Shown: positions 9,850 to 23,948 of the stretch, in pieces | Layout of the letters: the number at the start of each line of letters is the position of its first letter | Position numbering within the stretch: position 1 is the stretch's first letter | Assembly: GCA_036172245.1 (NCBI GenBank) | Contig: JAYWIR010000030.1 | Span: 992,001-1,056,000, forward strand | Direction of reading: 5' to 3' | Source of the DNA: Raillietiella orientalis | Taxonomy: Eukaryota | DNA length: 64,000 nt | Made by a program: the position numbers and the translations under genes | Notes under the pieces: generated by a model | Told to the model about the DNA's origin: nothing | Databases searched by the model: none | The model's input: the letters and a program-made list of their open reading frames with translations, nothing else

Positions 9850-11470
9850 CGGCCGACGTCAGACCTCAGCACGAAGAGCTCTCTGTTTATTTCCGATCAG
9901 CAATGCTCGTGGCGAAAATAGGGATCGGCCCCCCATAAGCGCAGCGGACCAGAGCAAGGAAGCTCAAATCCCATCTCTCCCTAGCAAGCTCTGGATGCAC
10001 GCCATCAACACTCTCTGGATGCACGCCATCGAAACCGAAGTTCCGTCGACGCTCCCACCAGCTCCAAACTGCCTCCCAGTCGCGCTAAACCGACGTCTCT
10101 TCATTGGGAGGAAGGGGCTGCTGGCATTCAAAGAACGATCAATAAACACCCCGGGCGGCGCCGAGACCCTCCATGCTCGGCGAAATCCTCCAACTCTCCT
10201 CGTCCGTGCTTGCTCCTCAAGCACGTGTTCGTGGATCCCTTCCTCCTTTTCCTCCTCCTCCGCAGGAAAACAGTTAGCAGAGTGCGGTTCGGTTCCTTCC
10301 TGAAGCGCTCCTGCACTTCAGAAAACGGTGTTCCTGTCCGCGGTTTCCTCTCCATTCATGACTGTTGCTCCGTTGCCGGCGGTGCGCTTATCTTCCTCAT
10401 AAACACGCGCGTGCATCCTTTGCCAAAGCACCTTGACGTCGGGGTCCAGGTCCGCGACGGCGCGTTTAGGGAAAATTCCTCTGGCCATCCTTGACTGCCC
10501 GTTCCAAAAACACGGCAGGCGAGTCTGGGAATGAGAACCCGGTCAGAAAGGTGCACGAGAGAACATGGGCCCGTGCTCACCCTCGTCCGAGCCGCGAGCG
10601 CGCAATCCCTCTCGGAACCACATCCGGAGGTCAGCTTTGTTTCCGTTTGCCCTTCCCCTATTGCACCCGCCTACCTCTGGGGTTCCCCCGCCAAAATCTT
10701 CCGACCGCCTTGCCGCTGCTGCTTGCCCTTTGGGGCTGCTGGATCGTGCCGGCTTCCCTGATTCGCCCTTCCGCAGATCACCGCGAAAGTTGTTATTCGA
10801 GACGAAGAGAAGAAACATCGATGGGATTTCCGGACTGGAAGGAGAAGTTCACTCCGAGCCAAGGCGATGGGATGCGAGGCACCGTTCAGGGAGTCAGATG
10901 GAGCTGAAGTCGCTGATCGACCATTCCATGAACAGTCCCTCGCGCTCCTGGAAGGCGCGTACCAAGCAAACATTTGGCTGTGGAGGAGTGGAACGAAGCA
11001 CCATAGTTTTACTCCAGCAGTACTTAGGAGTTTGAAGATGAGGGGCTCTTTCCTTTGAACGAAGCAGCATCCGTGAATTCTTGCGCTCCTTCGTGACGAA
11101 CATGTGCAGGTGGAACAAACGAACGGGAAGCGGTGAAAGGCAGAAGGGTATCCAGGAGCCGCACTCTAGCTACCCCGGGAAGGCGGTGAGCGATTTTGGA
11201 GGCGTTCCCATCTTCCAAAACGTGAACTACTTCCTCGGAAGCTGTGCCTCGACTCTTGGGATCGTAATGAGATGAGTCCAGCGCGCGCGATTTCCAGCGG
11301 CGCACCGAACGTGCGCTGGAGGAGTCCACTCGCTTGCGAGGGTCATCTCCTCCAGGGAAAAATATCCCAAGATATCCCCATGTTGACCTTTCAGGACTCT
11401 TCACGTGGGAAGTGACCACACGCTGATTTATTGCATCCGAAAAGAGGGCGAATTTATTGTGCGCGTGGGA
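9850..11470 (-). mobile_element. Decayed RLE-type non-LTR retrotransposon, RT motif 7 to C-terminus
   Basis: 'STWGYLGIFF' (RT motif 7), 'VVHVLEDGNASKIAHRLPGVARVRLLDTLL' (thumb), 'LQTPKYCWSK'. Downstream Cys-region remnants are weak. Confidence 0.55.
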
Positions 11471-12556
11471 ATCGTGTCTATCCAAGTGTACAGTACTTAC
11501 TGGTGACCATATGATTCAAAAATAGTGTGTGTCCCTAGTGAAAAGCTGCCAAGGCATCGTCTCCCCGCCCCCCTCGAGGAAACAACCCACACAAAAGTCA
11601 ATTAACACATTCCCAGGTCCTGCAAACATGTGTCTCGACACACCCCGCGCAGCGCACGTTGACAAAACACGCCTGCTACGCGCTCCGACGGCGTCCACGT
11701 AGTCATCGTGTTTTTCGTGCGAAAGCCTTGATCACTCGGCTCATCGTACGGATTGTCCCGTACACAGAAATGCAGAGAGTGGGAAACGTCTTGGGAGCTC
11801 AAATCGCCCGGAGGCACCTCCGGAACGCGGAGGGTCGACGAAATTTTTCCGGGGAAATTCCGTGAAATCGAATCCTTCCCGGTGAATCGGATTCGACGGG
11901 GGTGTCGCTCTTTCCTTATTTTTTTTTTTCTTTTCGATTCCCGGCCCGGGCAGCCCTTGGGCCGGGCAGCGAGTTGTGCGGGTGCAGCAGCCTCCGCCTC
12001 TCAGCCTCCAATGCCTCTTTGGACTAATTGCCTGTGTTTCCAGATATTCGTTGTTGCTTGCTATTTGCGGAACCCTGCAAAACATCTTGCGAGCAGGTAT
12101 GCACTGTGTTCTGTTCGAATAGTGTTCGGAGTGCATGAAGTGATGCGTGGCTGTGTTTGTGCATGTACATATGTATGCACGCGCACACGGTAGACCGCCG
12201 TACAACGCGGCGCTCCCATGAGGCTGCGTAAAATATGGGGGCGGCGGTCCCCGTAAATCACTTCCCGTGGATGAATTTGAATTTTGCGGCACGGTGTCAG
12301 CTTAAAAAGAACACGAACACCTGATTTGAGCGGGTTGGAAACACCTCAAGGGAGAAAGCTACAAGTGTTGCCGCTGGTAAAGTAATGAATAAAGAAGATC
12401 CGTGGTTGTTTGCTTTGGAGTGAAGTAATTAGTATTCTGCTGTTGTGACATGTAAGATACTTTTTTTTTTTCCTTTCCCTGTGTGAAGTGTGTATTATCC
12501 ACGCGTAACTCACAACATATCGCGGAACGTATCCCCTCGATACGCGGGAGGGGGGC

Positions 12557-12592
12557 TACACGCACACACACACACACGCGCGCGCGCGCGTC
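12557..12592. repeat. (CA)n-(CG)n compound microsatellite
   Basis: Directly visible. Confidence 0.85.
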
Positions 12593-12949
12593 ACGTCTCA
12601 TGATACAATGTGTGCCTTTCCCGTCGCACTTTTCCGAGAAAGTTTTACATCCGATTTTCTAATGTGTATCCATGAATGCACGTCGAGTTTGGATAACACA
12701 TGTCGGAGCAAACTTATCACGAAGACAAGAAGTGTACAGGGAAGGCTGAGTTACTGCGTGATAATTCAACCTTTCGGTTGGAGACCTTTAATGGGCTTCT
12801 TGCTCCCGCCGGCTGCTGCTGCTGCGCCTGCCAGCACTATGCATAAAGAAGACGACGGAGGCGGGAAGGCATCGCGGCTGCAGGAAAGTTCCCTCTCGCC
12901 GCAGCATCCGTTTCCCCCCCGCGGATGGCTGGAGCGCCCGCGTTCATGA

Positions 12950-15900
12950 ATCGACCCCACTTCCTCGCGCCTACGGAAGCGATGTGACCGACCGGATCGA
13001 CGGCCCCCTCTTACGTAAATGTCGTGATGCGCAGGGAGGGTGCGGTCTCTCGAGCAACAGGCGGCCCGAAGTTTCGTGTGTTTGCGAAAGGGAGCACGTT
13101 CGCAGGAGCGGATCTTGCCCCTGGGATCCTTCTTCTACCAACTGGAAAGGAAAACCGTCAACGTGTAAACATCCTCATCTGTGACGAAACCGGATTTTTC
13201 TTCCTTTTTTGTTTTTTTGTTTTTCTGAGTGCAATTTTCGTGCGAGTTCATCCGCGGGCGGGAAGGAAAGGGGGGGAGGGAACTGTTACAGGAACACATT
13301 GCGCCGCTTTCCGGGTGCATTCACACCTCGGGCGAGGTGTTTTGCCGATGACTGTGCACAAGGGAAAGCGCTCTCCTTCCCTTCATGCTCTGAGGTGGGG
13401 ACTTTGCTGTTCCGCAGTTGTGGGAAAGAGAGGGCCAACCGAGAGTCATCACGAGTCGTGCGGCAGAAAAAGGCGAATCGACTCGACGCAATTCTCTATT
13501 CATAACTATCACTCTATTCTACCTCGGTTGAAGGACTTTTTTAAGAGTCGGCTCGCATTCTTTACCGGACTCCCGGCGGCGCGTGCTTCCCGACACCCCC
13601 TTCAGATTGAGCGCAAAGAGCTGCTCCTCCAGGAAAGTGCAGAATACTACCGCGGTGGTCCCAAAGAAGAAAAGGAGGAGTTGAAGCCCTGACGACTGTG
13701 GCCGCACCCTGCGCCGCGTTCCCATGTGTGGAACCTCGAAAATCGTCAGGCCCAACAACGATCCCATCCCGTTCTTGCCACGGTGTTAGAAGCAACCGCG
13801 CCGTACGGCCTCTCCCGTTCGTCTGAGAGCTCCCGGGCATGAGGAAAGGCGTTGACGTACCAAGATGAACGTACAAAGAAGCAAGCAGCCAGTGCGGTCC
13901 CTGCCTCTCGCCTTGAGCTTCTTCGTTCGCTTAGCTGTGGAGGGGAAATGCCCACTTTCTTCGGAATGGCAGCGAGTTAGGTGTCCTGTTATTTGCATCC
14001 AGGTGCCTCTCCTTGTGCCTAGCGTGTTCTCTGGATGTAGTGTGCGCGCCTTTGAGGTATTTCCCACTGAGCACGCGATGTCGAGCGGCGGCGGCCAGCA
14101 CGGCACGGCGCTTCTGCACTTGCAGCACCGCTGGAGCAGGAGGACTTTCGATAACGCTGGCTGGGTTTTCCCGCGAAGAACCTCCGTCGTCTGTCGTCCC
14201 GACAACCGGCATACTGAGTGATCTGTCCATGGAGCGGTGCGCCCACGTTGCAGGGATGGGTTTTCGGCTACTTTCGGACGCTTTTTCCCGGCTAAGGGGA
14301 GCGCTCTTAGTGTGAAACATTTTGACGAGCCGTCGTTTCCCATCGCCTGTGAAAATGAGGCATTGCCTGGTGCAAGGAAGATAAACATCTTTAGGAGCTC
14401 GAACGATATTTCGTACACAGTCACCCTTGCTTCCCACGAGAGAACCACGAGCACGCCGAAATGCGGGACTCCGGTGGAAACCCCGCAAAAATAGAACCGA
14501 AGACGAAGAATGCAGCACATAGAGATTCTTTGAGGGCGCCAGCAATTCTCGGTACTCCTGAACGGGAAGCAATCTTCGCCGTTATCTCAGCTGCGGCAGT
14601 TTCTTCCGACATAATACTGACGCAAACGATTCTAAAGTGTTCTGATCCCGCCGCCCGCACTCCAGAAGTGTAGGCATTCGAACGCGCATATTCTGACTGA
14701 ACCCAGAGCAGGCTTCCGAGGATCTCGCAAGCAGCAAAGGGAAACTGGAAACGCGAGCCGCCTGCTCCCTCGAAGTGGCAGTCAAAGTAACGAGGGCGTT
14801 TTCAACGCTTCTACTAAAGACGTTGGTGGGAGACGTTCGTGTTTCCGGCTTGGAACACGTCGAGAGGGTCCTGGTGAGGACTGTAGCCTCTCCCCTAGCA
14901 GTGAGGACAAGTACCAGATGATTCACAGACGGAATGCGCCGCGAGTGGCGCGTTTCTTTCTATGAGGTCACAGCAGCAAAAATCAACGCAGCCTCCTGCG
15001 AACTGAGCTACTGACTTCCTAGCCTGCATCCATACATCTGTTCCTCGGGCGACCACGTCATGGAAAAAAGGCCTAAGAAGAGTAAACGACCTCGCCTTCG
15101 TCCTGAGAAGCGGCCGCGTTCCTGTGGCAACCTTGAGGCTCACCTCGTCGGACGCAACGGGACGGCGGCTCTCGTGACCTGCAGGCCAGGAGGGACAAGC
15201 ATCTGCAAACCCCCTCAAAGGGGGAAAAGGAAGGCTGTCCACGACTTCAGGTCGACGGAGGGCTCGTTCTTTCTCCCTTCGCCGAAAATCGGCTGGGACG
15301 ATGAGCCAGCTCCCTCGTCCTCCGTGGCCACGCGCCGGTCTCGCACAGCTGCCTCCCGTAGCGTGTCACGTGTTGAGTTCTCCCGCCGTTCCCACCATCC
15401 GGTGTCCCTTGTACCAACCTTCCGGAAAGCGGGGGAATTGGGCTCCTCACTCCACTCGCTGCTCATTTGCTCTCATTAGTGCTGCCTCTCTGACGATTGG
15501 GGCTCGTGGGGGCTTTGGCGGGGAAGGCTGCTTCGGCCTTTTTCTGATTCAGGTCATTTGTTTTTGTTTTGCTTTGCCCCTGCTGCCAGCCTTGGGTTGT
15601 TGACCTTGTCGTTTACGTTACGTCGTTTACGCGTCGGGCATTGTTTGCCGCATCTCGTGATGACCGATTCCTCGCTCAGCAGCGTGTCTGGTCCTGGTCG
15701 ACATTCATCTTCCTAGGCAGAGGACATGCTTTCCCACCAGCTGCTGGATGACCTCGATGAAGGAGGCCGGATCACCGGACTCAAACGGCGGCTTTATTCC
15801 CTCGGAACCTTGGCATCCGTTTTCCTGGTGCCCGACGAAGATGACACGCACGACCTCGGGACGATGTTCTGCAGATCGGTGTTTGCGGTCTTCCAGAGCG

Positions 15901-18900
15901 CCTCCTGCCCGTGCCGCGGCTCGCCGTCCCTACCAACCTCGCAGAGCCGCTCCCGAAATGGAGCCAAGCGTGTTGCTAGGTGTGTTTCAAGCGTCGGATC
16001 GGTTTCACCGTCCGCGTCTCAGGTCTCCCAGTGACTCAGGAGGCTCTTCTTCGAAGTCGGAAGAATTCCCGCGGCTGTTTTCAACACCGAGGATTCACCG
16101 CACCTTTGCAGAGTCAGCCAGCACTATCTAGCGGCGGGCCGCAAACACCAAACGAGCAGCCGCCGCCGCGCTTACGTGCGCAATTGAAGTCTCGTCTGCG
16201 GCATTCGAAGGGAGCGCATCTGCAGGAGAGAGGGAGAACGAACGCACGCTGTGCGCTCGGTAGGCGCCCATTTCGAGTACGCGGAAACAGGGAGCGAAAC
16301 GGGAGGGGAGCTCTGGGTCTGCTGCCGAGCACACACGCACGTTTGCTCAGAAAGCATAGCTCTCCTGCCAAGAGCAGGAAAAAGTTTCTTCACCAGGACG
16401 TAAGCGCGTGGTTTGCTCGGGCCAGCACGCCGAACGGTCCTCCAATGGGCTATCCCAGTGGTCTTCCTGAGGTCGAAGCCAAGAGCTGCGAGCAGCACTT
16501 TCCAGACCCCCTCCCCCGCGTTGCAACATCGCTTCTCCCGCCTCCCAGTGGAAGTGGGCTCGTTTCCTCCTGACAAACCGTGTCGGCCACAGCGCCTTGC
16601 GGACGGGAAAGTCCACGGCAGGGAGCGAGCTGTGCGGTGTATGTGGCCGGAAGGCGAAAAGAATGGAGGAGGAGAAGAGGGAGAAAGGAGAAGAAAAGAA
16701 GCACTTTGGGCTTCGAATTCTTTTCTCCTCCCGGTGAAAAGAATCAAAGAACCACTTGCAGCCAGCATTCTTCTCTTCTCGGAAGCATCCTCCCTTGGAG
16801 TCGGAAGACGCACCATAAAGGAAAGAAAGGTCTCGGGGAACAGTATCGCGGAACCTCGCCTCCGGGAGATCTGGAAATCGCTCTCCGTTGTGCGGGAGAT
16901 TATGGGTGAGGATGTGGTACGCGGGCAGGCAGGCCGTGAAACTCTCATGAGTGGCGCCAGTGTTCCCTGCCCTCACCGTAGCTCTTGTTTCCTCTCGTCG
17001 CCACCAGCGTCGTTCCCGTGGCGGGACGAGACTCTCGAAGAGGCTCTGCTCAATCTCAAACACACACGCAGAGTCGAGGAACGTTCTCGTCCCGATGCGC
17101 TGCGGCTACTGAGAACTTTCGACGAGGCAAGGGCGTTTCCCAGCAGCTCGCTTCGCTTTCAAGGCTTCTTTGAGAACAGTCGGGCAACCGGAGACCTCGG
17201 GTGGGGTGGGGGGGAGAGATGCAGATGGGCGAGAGAAGATTGCGAAGCCAAGCCCACTTGCTTCGCCCCATCATTGGCCGCCGTTCTAGCCCCCTCCCCT
17301 CCCGATCCCCGGTGTCGGGTGAGGAAATACGGGAAAGCAGCCTCCGGGGACGCAAGCGCTTCCCTTTCCCGCACCGCCGTTTTTGGGAGACGCGCGCGGG
17401 ACCTCGACAGTTCCTTGACTTTTTTCCCGTGCTCTCTTCTTGGCCGCCATCTCTGTCTGCTGCCTCTGTTTGTCTTCGCCGGCCGTGTGAGTGAAATTCG
17501 AGGCCGCAACTTTCCACCCGCCCGCAGTCCCGAACTTTTCCAGTGATAGCGCGGCGTGCGCGCGCGAACTGCTGCCGTCGCGTCCCTTCCCGACCGCCCG
17601 TTCTCCCCGTCGTAAAAGAGACCTCCGAGAGCGCGCGAGCTGGCTCTGCGGCGGCACCATTCCTCCTCCCAACGCGCGCGCGCGCTCCCTCCCGTGCGGG
17701 ATACGCGTTTCACGGAAAGAGGAAACTCTCTTAGCGACCCAACTCTCCCCCATCCCTAGCCTGCCAGCCGGCGTGCGTGATCTCCCACCGCCTGTGACCC
17801 CGCGCCGATTTGTCAACTGCCACGAAGCTTTTCCGCAGACCTTTAAGCCTGAATTCGGATGTTGTCGCCATTGACCTGCGACTGGATTCTCTGCAACAAA
17901 ACGTGTTCCCACCTCCTCCTCCTCCCTTCGCCCTACTTTGTATTTCGAAAGCAGTAAGCGGGGGAAGGACGGAAACGGAGCCCGGAGGCATCCTCGGAGG
18001 ACAGGACGACGGGCGCCACCGGGTGACCGGGTCATCACTGCCGCCTGCTCTGCAACCGATTTCGCCAGGCATCTGTCCCGGTTTCTTTCTCCCGAACTTT
18101 CCCAAGTGCGGCTTCTTCCTGAGATGTGAGTGTGCGCGAACCGCAAGGGGAAAAAAAGGACCTGAAGATGGACCGCGTCGCCCTAACCCTCACGAGCCCA
18201 CTGCACTTCGGTTTCTCCGAACAGCCGAGCCGCGTCCTCCGAATTCGTTCTTCTTTGTTTTTTTTTTTTTTGGTTTTTCCCTCCACAAGGAGGCGTAAAA
18301 AACCGCGAACTGTATGTAGCTCTCGGTCCCGTCTGCACGTCTTCGTTGCCTCCGTTGTCATGGTTACGTGATGAATCATCCGTGCACATCATTTTCAGGT
18401 GTTCGTGAAGCTCCCGAATTCTCTGGACAAGACGGACTTCCTCAGGTTGACCCCACAATGTCGCAGCCAAGTGGTGAGTGCTGTTCGACCGTGACCATGC
18501 GCTTTGGAACGATCCGACCCGTTCCAAAAGCTTCTAAAGGCATCCCTGGCTTGTCGTGTCCGCAGCGCTGCCGCCGGCGACAATTCGTTGTCAAAGGGAA
18601 CGCTACTGCTGCCGAAGTGAGGCGGCTGCTTTTCTTCCACCTGCGCCCTCTATTCTTCCTTTATTCATCTGGGCCGCTCGTCGTTGCTTAGCATGCTGCT
18701 TCCTCAGTTTCCGGTCCTCCGCTCCGCGAGAACTGATCGCTGGCATTCTCCGGCTGCATCTGGCTGGCCGCCTTCCGCGTGACGTGAGCTGCATGGATGT
18801 CACACTGAAGTACCGGGTGCACGAAGCTACCATTCGGTACCTCATCTTCGCCAAATGATTTTTTTTGGAATTCCAAGATCGTGCAGCACTTCCTCGTTAC
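12950..18900 (-). mobile_element. Long decayed R2-like non-LTR retrotransposon
   Basis: 'TRYGRQLCETGAWPRRTRELAHR' (pre-RT region), 'RPVASDEVSLKV', 'PVQEYRELL..LYVL', 'VLSWEARVTVYEISFELLKMF' (cf. EAR..DLAKAFD), 'PVVGTTDD' (cf. AFADD), 'LKAR..CLLLCTFILVR' (cf. LKPxQKLxLLxTYILPR). The 5' extent beyond about 15.5 kb is poorly supported. Confidence 0.5.
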
Positions 18901-19344
18901 CTGGATCCCAGGCTTCGACTGCTTTTCTTTCGCCTGCATCCCCAGCTGCCGCCCTCGTTTAAGAATCCAGGAGACTCTGCTGCCCGGACACAACGCAGCC
19001 TTGGAGTGTTTGAATCTGATCAGTACACGAATCTTGCGCATGCCTTACAGTGTCGATGAAGCTACCACTGGTAGCGGTCGTGGTCGTAATGCACAGCTAT
19101 GCAGGGCACTACTCGCTGAGACAATTCTCGCCCTCAAAGTTGTGTGGGGACTGCGCAGAATAATCGATGATGCTTTCGGAGAGTGGTGATGAAAGTGTCG
19201 ATAGAACCTCGCGCAGCCTTCAATCCGTCCTCAGCAGCCTGAGGATGGATTGAAGAAGGCATGCGGTTGTTACTGCGCTGAGCAAAAATGTGCTCTCGGC
19301 ACCTGAGTGAGGTCATGTGTACGCAAGAGTCAAACTTGTGTACA

Positions 19345-21035
19345 CCTGTGGGACCTATCATACGTTGCATTGCAAGGGGAGAAGGTCATGGCAACAGGGC
19401 TGCGAAACGAAAACGAAGATGCAGAATTGGCACGAGATGAGTTGTTCCAGTGAAAGGGGACAGCGTGTGCTTTTGCAATCTAGGGACCACTGATAGCTGA
19501 GGAAGAGGATTAAAGGTTAGCAGAGATACGAAGCGCTCAAGAGTGAATTCTTATTTCTGACCAAAGAAGCTCTTCCTCACTCCTCAAACATCTTTCACAT
19601 CTTCTGATAAGGATTGCTTATTTTCCCAATTGACTTTCAGATGAGGAGGTCAGGATACTCATTGAGGAAGCGAACTGAAATAGATTGCTCCCAAAATAAA
19701 TTTTTCCTCTCCCCCCCCTCCTTTTCAACCTTTCAAAGAAAAAAAGCTTCTTGCAGATGTGTTTAAGCATATGATGTTTAAGGAAAGCAAATGCTTCCGG
19801 AAAACCGAGTGAGTTTTCTCTCTGATGGTCCGATTCCGTTGAGGTTGCGAATCTCGATTCTTTGGTCGTTCCAGGCCGCTCTCTTAGTGGATTTTTTGAA
19901 TCTCTTTTCGTTTCGGTGTTGTCGTTCTTTTGTTCCTTTGGGTGTAGAGCGCATTCAAGTGCCAGCGTCATTTGCTCATTGGAGCGAAGGAGCCCCATGG
20001 CCAGAGGCCACTCGGCTAGAAGCCACAATTTTCCACCCTTGGTGCCTGGTGTCCACGTGTGGTCTCGATCCTTAATTTCCGATTAGAGAAAATAATTCTG
20101 TAACCAAGACCCTATCCCAATTCATCGTCCAAAAAACGTGAGTGACCAGGATTCAGGTCGCATCTTCAGCCGCGCACCCACAACTGAGTAGAGGCACACA
20201 GTACCTGAAGGAACTCTGCCTCTGGAAGCTGAACTCCAGAAGCATACAGGGTGACCATGTTCAATCTTGCCTAACGAAGCACAGGTGGACTCATCATGCT
20301 GTACTTACTTGCAGAAATGTGTGATGCCTCTTTCCTGTGTGACAAAACGTAGGCAGTTTTGCCCTCAGCGTGGGATTCGTCTATCTAAGTACCCGGGATC
20401 TTGCAGCACGTAACATTCTTGCAGCCAGTAGCGGCGTACGTGTTGCCCGTGTACCGCTTCCGGCCACATTAAGGAAGGAAGAGGAACTGATCTTAGTGTG
20501 TGTTTCGTCATTACGTATTCCTCATTGTGGATAAAGTGTGGAGGCAGCAGGGGTCACACTTGCACCTACGGCATACGTTGAGGAACGCTTTTTGCCTGGA
20601 TGCACAGAGATCATGATCATGTAAAAGCAGTGTGACCGCAGTAGGGAGACCATTTGCAAAACTGAGAAAACGCACCCTAATGTGGGCTCGCGACATGGTT
20701 CAACGATTACAGTGATCAGTAACAATGATCCACATTCAGGTCAATGATGAAAAATTGCACGCACTTGTGGTAGGAACGAAAACTCAAGAGTCAAGCATTC
20801 CGGTCAGCTGGTCGATTGAATCTGGAACTGTTTGTTTGAATTATGCTGCTGATGGAAAGAACAAAGTGTTTCGAAAAGCCTCGAAACCGATACTTGTGGG
20901 ACGTATTATATATTGCATTACACCCGGAGGCTGCCATGGCAACAGGGTTGCAAACAAAAAAAAGATGCTATGCAATAGGCACAAGAGGAGCTGTTCCAGT
21001 GAAAAAGGATGTCAGAGAACGAGAACTGCTTTCGA
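19345..21035 (+). repeat. Pair of diverged about 130-bp direct repeats at about 19345-19475 and 20895-21035
   Basis: Both read tgtgggac.tat.ata..ttgcatt.ca..catggcaacaggg.tgc.aa..aagatgc..ggcac.aga.gag.tgttccagtgaaa. Confidence 0.8.
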
Positions 21036-21049
21036 GATCCCTCAGAATG

Positions 21050-22100
21050 CTCGTGGGCGTTCCGTTGACTCATCGGTTCCGATCCCCTGCTGCGGGAAGG
21101 AGTGGCAAACGAAAATCAGCGTGGTCCGCATCGGACGGGAATCCGGGAGTCCTCAGGCCTCTGGGTCGCCATCCGGATTTCCGGAATTCCACAGTATCTC
21201 AGGAGCCGCCGATGTAACGGTACAGGAGTGCAGAACGCTTCGCATCTCCGAAGTGCAACTTGGCTTCTTCCCCTCCGGCAAGTCGCCGTTCGTAGTTGCC
21301 GCCATTTTCCGATACGAAACCTGGCAGCGCGAAGGCGCCCTCGGGTCTGATACGCAGAGAGAGCAAGAATCCCCCTTGGACCGGCTCCTGGACCGTTTCG
21401 GCGAGGACGCCCGCAGGCAGTTTCCCGTATTTGCCCCAACAACGTTTCCCGTGGCCTCCCTCTGAGTGATTTCCTCTGAGTCAAAATGATCCGCTCTGCT
21501 TTCGGCTGCCAGGCCAGCTCCGCTCGTGTTTTCGTCCGTGTCCGTAGGTGCACCACCTCTGTCCGGATGCTGGACTGCTGGTCAGCTCCAGGCCGCCCGG
21601 TGCCGCAGCACGAAATACGAGAGAACCCTCTGCTCTTCCGCCTCGGCTACTCATGGGTCTCTCATTCCACGCATCCCGGTCTTCCTCCGTGAGCTCTTCA
21701 CGAGCCCGACCCATCTGCACTTGTCCCGGATGCAACTCTCAAGCAGGACAACGCATGTCTTCGCTCGCGCGTTTGGCATGCCTCGACGCCCCGCAAGAGG
21801 CGAGCGTCCCACGAAGCAGTGCCCAGTCCCCACGAAGAAGGGATGCGCAAACCAGCGGAGTCCTCGGGGGAAAGTTCGGCAAGGCGGCACCTGGAGACAA
21901 CACCTGCCATCTGCCCCCAGGGTTCGACGCAAGATAACTGGCAAAACGCGCGGGCGGGTGGGCATATCCGGGGACCACCCCGGATGGGCGACCCGCGTCT
22001 GCCCACACCGAATTGAGGTTTCGGCCGCGTTCCGAAGGATGGGAGGCCGCCGTTCTCTTCTGCAGACAGCTTTTGTGTGGGGGGTGGGGGGGAGGGAGGG
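21050..22100 (-). mobile_element. Decayed non-LTR RT fragment (R2-like)
   Basis: 'DAGRPSGV' (cf. APGPDG), 'PLAGRRGMPNARAKTCVVLLESCIRDK' (cf. QRGF..ENxxLLxxxIRD), 'IILTQRKSLRGRPRETLLG' (cf. RGVxQGDPLSPxLF). Confidence 0.4.
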
Positions 22101-23948
22101 AATTCATGTGAACACTTTTCCCCCCGACAGAAGTATCCGCGGACCCCGTGTTGGCAGGAAGAAACGGTCGCATCGTCAGCACGCCTTCGGCACCAACGGA
22201 GCCAGTGGCAAACGTTTTCTTGCAGGCGGCGGATCCCGCTAAGTAGGGGCGACCACCCTCCGGACCGCTACCCCTGGACCCGCTGCTGCAACGGGTTCTC
22301 CCAGTTCTTTGCGCTTGAAGGCAACAGGACCGACCGCACAAGAGTGACCATCGCCCAGGAGAGAAGACACACATTTTGCCCCCGTTCTCGTGGTTGTTGG
22401 TTGTGGCACAACGCACCGGCCATCGTAGGCAAGCGTGCCCCTGTAGTGTGTGACGGACGGTCTGCGGGGACCCTCTGTTGCTGCTGCTCCTGCTTTTGCC
22501 CAAATGCTTCGTCTTTGCTTCGCAAGATGGCAACGAAGTGAAGCGCACCAAGGAATACGGTTGTTTCAAGCCACTTGGGAAGAGACCGTGGTGACTTGGT
22601 GAGCCTCATGCTCGCCAGAGTTCGTACCCATCGGAAGTCCGAGTCTTCCGTTGCTATGGCCGCAGTGAGTTACCTGCTCGCCCTCCGTCGTGCGCAAAGG
22701 AAAGGGCTGCAGGTGTCCGCGAAGGCGGCGAGCGGAATCGACGGAGGACTGAGGAGAAACCACGGAAACCAGGGTTGGCGGCCAGGGTTTCCGTGTTGGA
22801 GAGGAGGGCGTGAGAGACACCGCTCCACATCAAGCCGGTCCCAGACCAGAAGGGGAGGTGTCCCGGGCACACGGAGCGATGCGGTGAGAGGGGATAGGAG
22901 CACTTGGCGGTCAGGAAAAAAGAAAAAAAAATAGCTGACCACCTGGGAAGGCCCTTGCGGTGCAACCATCACCGTCCCACCCTCCGGGAAAGGAAACCCC
23001 TACGCCGTGGCTAAACACGCGGCTGCCGCTCCTCCATCCTGGCTTGCACGGAACCGCCGCAGGGAACTTTTCCGGGTGTGGAAGAAGTCGTGTCGCGGAA
23101 TCTTCCAGATCTTTCGACGGGCACAGTGGCCGGAAGATGAGCTGTGGGCGAGTGAGGGAAGCGAGAGGGGAGGAGGGATTGTCACTTCGGATGCGCAGCT
23201 TCGAAAGAAGGAATGAAAAGAAAGGAAAACAGCGCGCGGACGCGGCGCCTCAGCGGTCGGTGCGCCTTCTGCCCTTCACCCGGCTCATTGGAAACTTTCC
23301 ATTTCCAGGAAGACTTGTGGGGGTGTTTCAACGGAACAAGCGGTACGTATTAGGCTCAGCCCTCCTCCTCCTCCCTCGCTCTTCATCATCGCTTGAGTGG
23401 TCTTCGCGCTTCGTGCTACTGTAGGCAAGCGACCATGTAGGAAGCGGTCCAACGGGTCGTCGCCCTTCTCACAGCCCACTGCTGCGCCGAAGCGCGCCTC
23501 CGACCCCGTCGGCAGCACCCTCCGGAAGGGGGCGAGGTTGGCGAACGCGTGTGGCTGGTGGCCTGGGGCTCCGGAACGCGTGCCCTAGAAGCGCGACCGC
23601 CGAGGGTGGCCTCTTCCCCCTCCCTTCCCCTAGCTACCCGACGGTCTGCAGGCGGCCTGCCGGAGCCCCTGCTGTGTCGTGCCCTCTCCTGTAGCTCGTG
23701 GGTGGGTGGGGGCGAGCGGTTTTTGTTCCGGAGGAACTGATCGTCGTCCCTCGGACGGGACGCGGCGATACCCGCGCGCTCCCATCCCTCCCTTTCTTTC
23801 CTCCTCGCGCTTGTCTTCGGGGCGCCGGTGGCTCCGGGAGTCTGCTTCCCTGCCCTCCGCGTCCCGCGCGGGGATGAGAGGGGTCGAGTGAGGGAGGAGA
23901 ACTGGGCGCCCTCGCGGCCGCATGCTGATGGAGCGGGCAGCGTTGCAG

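Noticed and set aside
11930..11952. TTCGATTCCCGGCC, similar to a tRNA 3' half
   Set aside because: Preceded by a poly-T run; no 5' half.
20725..21465. 246-aa plus-strand ORF
   Set aside because: No recognisable domain. It runs through a non-coding repeat and antisense into an RT fossil.
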